Below, in pieces: positions 45,751 to 57,182 of a stretch of 64,000 nt of DNA. The notes under the pieces are model-generated. The model was not told where the DNA came from. It did no database searches and worked only from the letters and a program-made list of their open reading frames with translations. Position 1 is the first letter of the stretch. Each line of letters opens with the position of its first letter. Made by a program: the position numbers and the translations under genes. Origin of the DNA: Albugo candida (lineage: Eukaryota); contig JBDOQK010000002.1 in NCBI GenBank assembly GCA_040437565.1, positions 620,001-684,000 of the forward strand, in the 5' to 3' direction.

Positions 45751-47928
45751 TTATTCATCTTCTGCTTGACTACTTCCATCACTAATGTCTGGACTGTCAT
45801 TATCTGATTCGATCGTGGTAATCTTACTATCTTGTTCTTGTGTCCTACCATCAGCCTCTTCATCAGGATACGTCGGACTCATTGTGTCATGATCAGCCTT
45901 CCTTCGCTTGTTCGGGTTTTCATCATCCAACTCGTCATCAGCCTCTATTGTACCGTTATATAATCCACCTGCGAATTACGTCCTTGAGAAACAGCTGTAC
46001 AATAGCACACATATGCGTGTACCTATATTAGACAAGACTGTATTTCGTCGGTCCTCCTCTGCCTTGGAGTATTCGCGCCGATGCACGATTGCCCCGTGGC
46101 GACGCTGATCTTCTCCGGAAATCTTGATAGCAAGAATATCTTCAGGCCCTTGCAAGAAAACTTATTTTCGCTCATACCTTTGTCTTCTTCAGTTGAATGC
46201 GATGAAGAAGCTCACAGTACGTAAATTCCTGTGATTCTGGATCTAGCATAAACAAGCGGTTCTGCGAGTCTTCCTTTCCTTTCTATTATGGTACGTTCGG
46301 GTCGTCGTGAATACAATAATCGGAGATACAGAATCAATTCCTGACGCACATTGTCGAGTTGTTGCACTGATAGTAGATACTCACGGAAATATCCGTATTT
46401 CTCTCCAACTTCGGCATCAGGGTTCTAATAAACATGTCGTCTAAGTATGAACAAAACTGTACGCTTCACTACTGAGCTGACCTCGGCCTGAGCGGAAACC
46501 GGAAGCAAAATCGAGCCTTGAATGTGATCACTGCCTTCGTTTTTTCTAGAAACACCACATAGTAAAGCTCGGCTTTCTCTTTGTGGTATGCTTTTTCCTT
46601 TGTCATCCGTAGAAGGGAGTACATCATACGACTAGCAAAAGCACAATCAATCCCGAAATAGTAACATCAAAGCTCATGTTGTCCAATACCAAATGCGCGT
46701 ATTTGTTGGGATACAGGGACTGATCGGGGTACACATCCCATACTTTTGCTGCTTTAAGGTTCTTTTTGAAAGGATGCACAATTAAATTGGGGTCGTTGAT
46801 GTCTTTGAACGAATCCTCAGCTCGCTGCTCGAGTGTTACTTGAACCTCTTCAGCAAGAGCATTTTCCGTTCCTTCACGTAATTCACTTTGGAACTCCACC
46901 TCACTTTTGAACTACACAAATGCAACAAATTAATGAGGTTTGCTAAATCACTTGATACTTGATCAGATACATTACCTTGTGCACGGGTTCATACAGATCA
47001 TTCCCCATATACTCTGTGCGCCGAAGCCAGGATACGACTGGCCGAGCTTTGTCTAGTCGATCAATGTAGCATCCGTGTTTAGCTGGAACTGACGAAACAA
47101 GGTAAGTAGGTCTTACATTTCGTGTCTTTGGATTGCGTCTCCTTCATCATCAATACGGCTTCATCACCAGCCTCTAGAGGTTCTGCTTTCGTTGGTACTG
47201 TATCAATTACACAAAACATTAAAACTCTTCCATACAAATGTCCATCAAGTGACCTACCTTCGTACTTGGCTGGGTCAATCAAATCAATGCTGAGTCCCAA
47301 ATTGGGCTCCTCGTGAATTTCGAAGACATAGTCTTGTTCAAGAGTATTAGGCTTCCATTTGATTAGTCTATACAGATCCAATTTGAACAGTCTCCCGGTA
47401 TATTTCCTATGTACTAACCGATCGCTTTCATGCGGATACTGCAAGAACTTTGTATCGAACGGAAGATCTGGTAACTTGTTACGAAACTCCAAATTAGCAA
47501 GGAATTCTGACTGTTTTCCAAGTAAAGATCTTCGCTTTGACTGTGCATGGCTCTCCAAAATCATCCGTGTATGATCTCTTCGTGCTTTTAGCTTATCCTC
47601 TTTATACTTGGCCACTTTTTTGCGTTCCAGCTCATATTTTGCTCGTTCTTCAGCCGTAAGATTCTTCAAATTAGGATGTCGAGCATTCTGTGAGCTGTGC
47701 GATCGTCCGTGCATCTTATCCAATTCCTTCCGACGTCGATCATGAGCCTCCTCACGGCTTGGTGGTCGTATTTTGGAATCCGTACTCGCTGTAGTATGTG
47801 AAAAAAACATTTATGGCAACGAGATAAAAATTCATAGTAAATAGTCGTATACCTCTTTGGCTCTTATGTTTTGAAGCAGCATTCATCTTGCCGGGGGCTT
47901 CGATTGGTGTCGAACTCATGTCGGACAT
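45751..47928 (-). CDS. PAF1: RNA polymerase II-associated factor 1, multi-exon
   Basis: FRNKLPDLPFDTKFL, EPNLGLSIDLIDP, VSWLRRTEYM, AEDSF...HPFKKNL...WDVYPD, acidic tail. Confidence 0.92.
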
Positions 47929-47991
47929 TCGAGTGACATTCGTATTAGTGATAGAAAGTATCTATTTATTACGGAAGTATGCGACTCGTGA

Positions 47992-48407
47992 TGCAGGTGA
48001 TCATGCATCAGGCAGGCAAATTAAGTATCGTAGTAGTTTTGCTTGCTTTTTTGTACGTCTGGGCACGAGTTCTTGTGCTACATTATGTGTTATGTAAGGC
48101 TCGATCCTTCATCTACCGACATCCTAAAAATTTCCCTCGGAATTACTTCATCCCATTGCTGTATTTCGCAACAATCGCGTGCATTCTCATGCCGCTTCAT
48201 GGAGGGGATTTTGGTTCATCGTGGATATATGCTATACCGCTGCCGCTTACGCTACACGATGACATGTGCAGGATGATCGGTGTCCCGCTGTATGCTTTTG
48301 TCATTGCAGTTACGAATGCGATCCAAAATTTGACAAACAAGACTCAGAACAACCTCGATCAGGTAAAAGAAACGCGTTTTGGCCATAAATCAACATGTCG
48401 AATGTAG
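47992..48407 (+). CDS. small hypothetical multi-pass membrane protein
   Basis: About 138-aa ORF with three hydrophobic segments, divergent from PAF1. Confidence 0.4.
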
Positions 48408-48618
48408 TTGCTAGGGTTTGATGCAATTCCTTCAAGAGCTGACTGGATGGTTTCATAGTCTACCCATTGCGGCTGGTCTTCCCCTTGCGTACATACAACT
48501 TGCTCTGGAAATAATCGGAGCGCTTTGTATCTGTTTTCTGCATGGTTTTGGATTGTTTTATCATGAGCCACGCAGTGGTAAAAATTGAGTGCTATTTTTC
48601 ACATGCAGCTGCAAATCA

Positions 48619-49056
48619 ATGGGATCTTTATCTGTAGTCGATGATGAATTGCGCGATGCGGCACGCAACAATGACCTTAAGCGGGCAAAGGAAGCATTGG
48701 AATGTGGTGCTGATCCTGATGCATCTGGAAACGACGGCATGACTTCATTACACATATGTGCTCAACAAGCTGCGCCTGCGATTGGGAAGCTTCTCTTAGA
48801 CCATGGATGTAGTCCAAATAAGCCAGATAGCATCGGTCTATCTCCCCTACATTGGGCAGTACAGTCACGTCGAGAGGAGCCAAATACTGAGAAAAGATTG
48901 CAGATGGTTCGACTTCTGCTTGAGTATCATGCAGACCCATACCAGCCTGATATTCGGAAAGTTACTGCACTAGCACTTGCAGAGAAGAATCAAAATCTAT
49001 TCGCGCTGGGGGCAATTAGAGAGCTGACACAGCAAAATGAGCTTGTTATGCAATGA
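48619..49056 (+). CDS. small ankyrin-repeat protein
   Basis: GMTSLHICA, GLSPLHWAV, LLLDHG, LLLEYHADP. Confidence 0.85.
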   Translation: MGSLSVVDDELRDAARNNDLKRAKEALECGADPDASGNDGMTSLHICAQQAAPAIGKLLLDHGCSPNKPDSIGLSPLHWAVQSRREEPNTEKRLQMVRLLLEYHADPYQPDIRKVTALALAEKNQNLFALGAIRELTQQNELVMQ

Positions 49057-49342
49057 AAAATTGTGGATAAATAATAATGTGTATACATCTTACTGTTCCT
49101 CCTATTCAACCACACATCGACTCAAGAGAAAATATTCTCAATGACCAGTTCTATATTTGCTTACTTCACATCCCTATAGTATTACACCTAGCTTGAATGG
49201 TACGCAAGAATCGGATTTAGAGTCCGCATATTTTGCAACAGAATCGAAGAGAACTACTGGCTACGTTGGTCGAACCTTTCTCCCGGAAGAATCGAACCGA
49301 ACCTAAGGCTTACCTTATATCTATTCAGCGATTTGAGACAAA

Positions 49343-50506
49343 ATGCGCGACTCGGGTGCTGTTACACGCATGACTTTTGGAGATTTAAATGCTACAGATA
49401 TTACGGGTAAACCCATAAAAATTTGGCTGCTATCTTCCAAAGAAGTAAATGGGAAGACGCATTTTAGAGTGGCGGGTCGTTTGTTCTCGCAAACAGATCT
49501 AACCTGGGAAGTCTATAAGCGATATTCTGATTTTCTTACGCTTCACAAGCAACTAATCAAGTTCTTCAAAGGAGTTGACTATATGTGCCCAGGATGTCAC
49601 AACTACCTACACTCCCTTGAGGTGTTCGAATTTCCAAAAAAGCATATTTTCGCGTCCAAGACGCCTGTGGTTATTAATTATCGTCTGAAAGCATTGCGCT
49701 CGTTTGTAAACACCTTGAGTTTTTGGACGTTTTCTGACGCGCCAAAGTGTCCCACTTGCGCAGGATACGCTTTTGAACTTGTATGTAACTTCTTGTTAGA
49801 TAACGCAGAAGCAATAGCGGGATCCGATCTAGTGACGATTCGGTCCAAAATGATTCTCGATACGTTTACCGGTCACACTAAAAAGGATACAGCTATGAAA
49901 TCCGAAGCATCAAGATCCAAATCGGCACAAGAGAAGCGGGATAAACCACGGAGATGTGACCAGACTTCTGATGTGTACGATCACTTTGATGATTGTTTGC
50001 AAAAGCCTTCCAGCAGGCCGAAACAACAAGAACATGATCAAAATGGCCAAGCTGATTATAAAATTCCGACCGTACAAAATACAAGGACAGCTCGGTTCTC
50101 AAAGGAGAGTGATACGAGCTCTTTACATGGAACCTTTCATTTTTACAATGATGACACAAGTCTGACGCATGGCCGTCAATCTGCGAATGACAACTCGTTC
50201 GCATCGAATTCAATAGCGCAGAACAAACGTGGTATACTAAAAAATGGATCCGTACAAAACACGGCAGAAACGTCTGTGCTTGAAAACAGTAGTTCTGGGG
50301 GTGCGGATTCTGTGTATGCAGAATCTACAGATCATGTTGGCTCTCAGCCTCACGATTCCGCACAACATGATATCAACAACCGCACTGACACATACCCCAA
50401 GAAATTCGATGACCAGTTCGCTCGTTATAACTCGGCACCTATCCAAAGTCGTCAGTCGAAATCGGGAGAAGGCCTTTGGCAACCTTGGGAACTGGCTAAC
50501 GCTTGA
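49343..50506 (+). CDS. PX-domain protein with two CxxC pairs and a disordered tail
   Basis: WEVYKRYSDFLTLHKQL, FPKKHIF, YRLKALRSFV; CPGC and CPTC. Confidence 0.85.
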   Translation: MRDSGAVTRMTFGDLNATDITGKPIKIWLLSSKEVNGKTHFRVAGRLFSQTDLTWEVYKRYSDFLTLHKQLIKFFKGVDYMCPGCHNYLHSLEVFEFPKKHIFASKTPVVINYRLKALRSFVNTLSFWTFSDAPKCPTCAGYAFELVCNFLLDNAEAIAGSDLVTIRSKMILDTFTGHTKKDTAMKSEASRSKSAQEKRDKPRRCDQTSDVYDHFDDCLQKPSSRPKQQEHDQNGQADYKIPTVQNTRTARFSKESDTSSLHGTFHFYNDDTSLTHGRQSANDNSFASNSIAQNKRGILKNGSVQNTAETSVLENSSSGGADSVYAESTDHVGSQPHDSAQHDINNRTDTYPKKFDDQFARYNSAPIQSRQSKSGEGLWQPWELANA

Positions 50507-51081
50507 AGAAGCTTCTCTGCCTTCATAGATACTCCATAAATCCGTATAAAGTGTAAAAGGTCACTGCTTTAAGGCTAACGGATTCGCGCTGTTCTTTAAT
50601 GTATAAATAATCACATTTTCTGATTTGCAGTCAATCATCACAGACACTTCGACGCAACCGCAGCGTCTAATTTATTATTGTACAGCCAGGGGCGACTCTG
50701 ATACTGTATTTACCGTACAAAATCACACAGAAATTCGCATCGAGTGTGCGTTCACTCTACAAATCGAACAAATAGGTGAGGGGCGCTATCTGATTCTAAG
50801 ATTGGGACATTTTTGTCATTTGTATCATCGTAGTCAATGTCTTCATTGTGCGTATTACAATAACGAGGAAATCTTTTCATTTCTAAACACAAACGAGGTA
50901 AAGTTGACATCCACGCAAGTGTTAATGCCAGTAATCGCGAACGGTCTACATAACACTGATAGGAAACAGCAACATCAGTCACCAGCTACTTCTTTGTCAC
51001 ATAAGATACTAGTACGTTTCTCCTCGAGCTTTTGTATCCGCAAAACGCATCAAAATCTGTTCGAATTTCTCAGATATTGCT

Positions 51082-53095
51082 ATGAGTTTGACTGTGGATG
51101 AAATCAATAGTTTCTCATCCAGTCACTCCAAGGATCATACGTGGTGGAGATGGACGCATGGTGAAAGCGGAAGCATATCTTCATCTTCAGACAGCCTCAC
51201 TTCTACTTTGCAATCTAATCTCGACTCTGATACGGCTCTCGATGGCTCCAAACACGCTTTATACATGGAGAAAGAAAACGCCGGGGTGAGATCTCCTTCG
51301 AGTACCGCTATACGGTGGCAGAAAAGAGCTTCGAGAATGAACGGTATTCTCAAAGATAACGACGCTTTCCCATCACCTGTCTGGTCAACCAATAATCAGA
51401 AGGGTACAACTTCATCTCCACAGTATCTTTGTCCGGCTCCTTTGAATAGCATAGCCCATTCCATGCGCTCGAAGGCGGCATGCTCCAGTCAACCTAATGA
51501 TCTCCGAAAACGAAATCTACCGATTCATCATTCAACTACTGAATGCGTGGAGAGTTCGTCGGGTGGAAAGGTTGGTCTTATTGTTGGGAATCCCAAAAAT
51601 AATGAATTATTGCGTCAACCTTGTACCGATATAAAATGGAGTTTGGGAACAAATAGCCGAAGAAGTTGTAAAAAAGACAAGAGAAACTTTCGGAATTCCA
51701 CCATGCGACCAACTGACCAATCGTATCGGTACAGATCTGGTGATACTCGCTCGGAAGCAAAATCAAAGCCACTGGTCTCAGGGAGGCAGACGATGTTTCA
51801 ATCTTTTCGGCGTATGGGTTCGATGGACGGTAGTCGTGATATACAAGGATGTGAAGGCGCTGGTAAAAGCAGCGCTCAAGGCTGGAAGGGGATCACACCC
51901 ACTGATAATTCATTCAATTGTCGTTCTTCTGCTACCGCCAAGAAAGCTGAAATGGTGAATTGCTCAGAGAGAGTATTGAAAGAGTCGATTCAGCAGGATT
52001 TTCGGGAAGGAAATGTTCGCAAGCGCACTGTAGAAGGTTACAAGAAAGCTGATGTTTTGGAAGGAAAGGGTCAGCATCAAAGTGTCCATATACACACCAA
52101 GAATCTAGAATCACATTGCTCCACATGCTGTTCCAGGTAAGATAAAATTCATAGTAACCACTGTATAGAACCCAAGCATAACTCGATGTTTATCTCTTCG
52201 GAAGTGATGATGAGTTGAATCAATTATCCGCCATGGAACCATCCATACTACGGTAAGTCACGCGATGTATTTCTATCAATGTTATCATAATTATGAACTT
52301 GATGATTGCAGACTGGAGCAAGAAAAACAAGAGTTAGAAGATGCTCTCGGTATCAAAACAAGTCGGCAAATATCCTATCGAGAATACATGCTACACGATA
52401 GTGACTTTGGAACCAGTCCTGATTACGAAAGGTTCAGTCCAATGTTTGAAGAAAAGTACGTTATCAAAGTCTTGAGAGTGCGCTACGGCTTACATATGTC
52501 TATACCTGTCAGAGGCCTTCCTGTTGAGATCCGATATCAATTACCGCTTGCACTGGGAACAGTAAATGAGACGGAAAAGGAGTGTACTATCTGCCAGCTT
52601 CTTTATGGCATCGGGGATCATATAGTCACGTTACCATGCGAGCATTTTTTTCAGTACGTTACTCAGACCTGATTTATTGAACGGGTTAGATCAACTTGAG
52701 TGTTTAGTGCTTGTTGTGTGGACAAATGGCTTTGGAATCATACTTCCTGCCCTCTTTGTCGCACTGAAGTCTCTTTGAATGGAAGTGGCATCAGCAAACA
52801 TCAGTTCAACGAGTGCTCGCTAGCAGATCAAGAGAATATCCGACGCATCATGCGATCATCATCACACACCGCGGGCTTTCGCCCCGTAGTACCAGCAGAT
52901 TCTAATGATGAGCACTTGAACCGACAAATTGCGCAATTGAGCATACAAGACGACACAAAAGAGGAAAGCCAAGTAAAATATTTGGTCTGGTACGTAATGC
53001 AATTCTATTGTATTCCATTGGATCAACCGCTCATCTCGCTCGTCATGTCGGCTCGTAGTCCAACACCGCGACGCAATGGGATTACGCACGATTAA
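51082..53095 (+). CDS. RING-H2 E3 ubiquitin ligase, multi-exon
   Basis: Spliced CTICQLLY...[26 protein letters not shown] (C3H2C3) after a long Ser-rich N-terminus. Confidence 0.85.
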
Positions 53096-53402
53096 TGCTC
53101 AAGGCTCTTTTTCCCACCGAAAACGGGCTCATTTCCTTCGGCTTCTACTTTACAATTCGAAAAAAAACACAAAAAGAATTTAAAAAGCCAACATTTTGCA
53201 CAATGCTCTCTAAAGCTGAAACATCAAAATATAAAAAAGCAATGTGAGCATATGTGACTCAATTTCTATCACAACTAGTCGGCATTCTTGGATTTGTGCT
53301 TCTCACGCATTACTTTTGGCTGAGATGCTCTTATTGACACTTGCACCTAATGGCCTCTTGGAATGAAATGGGCTATTGCTGTGCGGATACGTGCGTAGTT
53401 GT

Positions 53403-56400
53403 TCACATAGCAGAAATTGTGGAATCACGATACAGGTGCGTGCTTTTACGCGCTTGGTATTTTGTAAAGTGATCACAAAATGACACAATGACACGACGAA
53501 ACTTGCGAGGATTCTGCACGCAGTCTTCTCTTGATATCGTCGCCAGGAAAGCAGTGCGCGTTTCTATAGCCACTTGTGATCCGAGAAAACGATCATCCAT
53601 CAGCAAAACTTTGACGAGATCATTGATATGATCACTTCCGAAACATAACCAACACGAACGTATTGCTTCCACGACTACTTTCAAGAAATCAAACGGCAAG
53701 CATTTCCCAGCAGTATGGAGAAGTGTTGCGAGCACTTGATATAGCAATCCTTTGTCAATCAAAACGAATTGAACCTGCTGACACAGAATTATTTTCTCAT
53801 TTGTTTCACTGTTCTTCCGATGATCCATAGGTATTCGTAATCCTTCTTTGTACCAAGATCCCACTTCCAGCAAAAATAGCAGGATCGTTTTGGCAAGTTC
53901 GAGATTTTGGCAGTTCTTAAGCGCTGGCACCACTAAAGAAAGCACACTTTCCAGTTGTTTCGATTTAGCCAGGATGTTAGGCCGTGAGGATCCGATTGCA
54001 ATTACAAAATTGAAAAAGTTGATCCATATCTCTGCAGTATTATCCATACTGCCTGGACACGTTTCAATTGTGACTCTAACGACCTCAACGAGCATCTGCT
54101 GTAGAAGCTCATTAGAAGTCTCATCTGTTGCGTAGCTGCATAAAGCGCTTTTGAGGACGCGTAAGATCACCCCTACACNNNNNNNNNNNNNNNNNNNNNN
54201 NNNNNNNNNNNNNNNNNNNNNNNNNNNNNNNNNNNNNNNNNNNNNNNNNNNNNNNNNNNNNNNNNNNNNNNNNNNNNNGAATCCACTAGCCAGAGATCGC
54301 AAGGATTCGAATATCTCGATCAGCATTGCATACAACTGCTCATTGACATGATCCGAGCTTTCATACGTCTGCAACATGCTCTCAAGCATCTTCCATCGAC
54401 ACTGTAATACGCTCAGCACTGGATGGATTGCTTCTTGACTAACTCTTTGCGGAATTGACTTTGCAAAGATTCCAAGATATTCATAGAGGTTGCGCAGTGC
54501 GCGGATCATCTCAGCAGAAAAGTGCTGATGCCCTTCCATATCAAGAAGAATATGAGCAATTACTTGGTCCAGAAACATAGAGGCCTCCACATACGATGCA
54601 TTCGAAAGTAATGTGGCGAATGCTTCCACGATCAGAACGATGTTCATATTCGTTTGTGCTTTGTCGGTAGTGGGATAATGCGATTGAAAAAGCGCGAGCA
54701 AGGCATTGATCCATTGTGCATTGAGCATATACTTTCCACAGCGAGATACTAGCTTCTTCAAAGAAATGAGACCGACGTGGTCGGACTGACGACAAATAGA
54801 TGATGTAAAGGTGTCGTGTTTCATATCAAATTGAAAGCTTTTGTACCAGATTTTGAATGCGTACGTTTCAAGATAACTCGGATTTCTCGCGAACCAGGGA
54901 GAAGAGACTCCGAGAAGGACGATAATAATTTGACAAAGAGTTGGATGCATCAATTCTTCTTCTGCAAAGCAATGAAATAGGCGCGGGATGATTATAGTGT
55001 CCGCTTCACAGATACATTTTGACACTGCACTGAGAGCGTGAACGAGAACTTCAGTCCGCCTCCACCAAGCAGAAGAATGTCTTCTATCATCCCGTATCTC
55101 AAATTGATCGATTATCTGAAACACTAAGCTTGAAATAAATTTATCTTCTCTTGCTCGGGTTACAGATGCCGAAGATCGGAAAAAATTCCGTGCAGCACTT
55201 CGAAACGAAGAAAATTGCTCTCTTGCGGTGATGGAGAGAGTCAGAAAATCTTCGGGATACTCAGTTCGCTGCAGAAGGCCGTTCCATAATCGAGAGGAGA
55301 AGAGGCTAAGTTCAAAGGAATAATCTTCATCTTTCCCATGAAAATATGCCTCAAAATCCATCCAAAAATCCATTGTCAAAGTCGCTATCTCCAGCTTTGT
55401 ACACACTGTGATGTCCAGCAATAATTCAAGAAATTTGTATACGAGATATGCTGAATCGGTCAACAGCGTAAAGTCGATCAAGATTGTTAGAAAAGCCTGC
55501 CCGGATGAGACCATGGCGTTGGTAAATATACTCAAAGTGGCTTCCCTGCTGTCCTCAGGCCTCTGTTTTGAAATATGTTCTCCGAATATCACAAAATGTT
55601 CCGTGATGATCTCGATCAGCGATAAGTTTGTGTCTTTCACGGCAATCTGAATACAACCCTGGATCACATCGAATGCGTCTTCCACACTAGATAGAATTGA
55701 TGCTTGGTTAAATGCCCACGGAATCAAATTTGTCTCACAGATGAGTTTAGCCGTGATCTTCCCAGCTTCTAGCCAATTTGCAAGACATTTCATTGAGAGA
55801 GAGTAAACTAGCACACTATGAGAGCTTTGCTGAATTTCATTTATCTGAGCGATTATCGGGCATAGAACATGCTGAAGAACATAATGGCTGTCCTCTTGAA
55901 TCATGCATTCACATTCAGCGCGTTTCTCTTTGCCTAACTTCAATCGATTACTTCTGTTTTCTTCGGTAAAGCTCTTGAGTGTCAATAATATAGCACAATT
56001 CGTCGTGACAACTGAGGTGAGATCAGACTCGTCTCTCTGGTGTGTTTGATTTTGAATAAGTTCTTCAATCATTTTGATGAGTCGGGGCGTGTTTTTCTCT
56101 TCGTTGACAGCATACGGATACTCATGCATACATCGAAGCAACAGTATGGCTATACTTGCAGAAATCTGGTTCCTGACGCTATACTCATCCAAGAGTGCCC
56201 CCGACTCTGTAAGCAAATTCCACAATTGCTGGCATATTGCTGCAGATTTACCAGGAATTACATCGCTGGACTGATTCTGAAGATTATAAGCTGTGTTTAC
56301 TTCATAAGAAACAATCCGATAGATTGTGGAAGCCGCGAAAACGCGCATCACTTGCGTGAGCGGAGACGCAGATGGGCTACCAGATATTGGCTCATATAAG

Positions 56401-56932
56401 CATCGAATACAAAAGTATACTGCATCANNNNNNNNNNNNNNNNNNNNNNNNNNNNNNNNNNNNNNNNNNNNNNNNNNNNNNNNNNNNNNNNNNNNNNNNN
56501 NNNNNNNNNNNNNNNNNNNNNNNNNNNAAGCAACAGTATGGCTATACTTGCAGAAATCTGGTTCCTGACGCTATACTCATCCAAGAGTGCCCCCGACTCT
56601 GTAAGCAAATTCCACAATTGCTGGCATATTGCTGCAGATTTACCAGGAATTACATCGCTGGACTGATTCTGAAGATTATAAGCTGTGTTTACTTCATAAG
56701 AAACAATCCGATAGATTGTGGAAGCCGCGAAAACGCGCATCACTTGCGTGAGCGGAGACGCAGATGGGCTACCAGATATTGGCTCATATAAGCATCGAAT
56801 ACAAAAGTATACTGCATCAGGTGATTGCTGAAAGCATTGAAGTAGATTATCGCATTGTTTACGTTCTTTGTCGGTTGTAAGAGGGTCGTAGAGCTTTTGT
56901 AATGCTATGAAAACACCTTCAGCTTCAGTCAT
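53403..56932 (-). CDS. importin-beta family karyopherin (transportin-3/importin-13/Mtr10-like); contains two N gaps
   Basis: LQKLY...LQCFQQSPDA, FAASTI, KCLANWL, TMDFW, FSSFR, WRRTEV; helical HEAT-like composition over about 1000 aa. Confidence 0.8.
56136..56819. repeat. 292-bp direct duplication flanking a 100-N gap, probable assembly artefact
   Basis: 56136-56427 = 56528-56819. Confidence 0.9.
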
Positions 56933-56983
56933 ACGAAACGCTAGCTGCGTTATTGATACTATCAATACGGTAGTATCAATATC

Positions 56984-57153
56984 CGATACTTGTGACTAAA
57001 GTGTGAATTAAATGAAAANNNNNNNNNNNNNNNNNNNNNNNNNNNNNNNNNNNNNNNNNNNNNNNNNNNNNNNNNNNNNNNNNNNNNNNNNNNNNNNNNN
57101 NNNNNNNNNNNNNNNNNNCGATACTTGTGACTAAAGTGTGAATTAAATGAAAA
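56984..57153. repeat. 35-bp direct duplication flanking a 100-N gap, probable assembly artefact
   Basis: 56984-57018 = 57119-57153. Confidence 0.85.
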
Positions 57154-57182
57154 GATCTTCGTGAAGCTTTGATTACAGCAAT

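Noticed and set aside
50625-51101. 158-codon ORF upstream of the RING gene
   Set aside because: Non-ATG start and no recognisable features; probably UTR/intergenic
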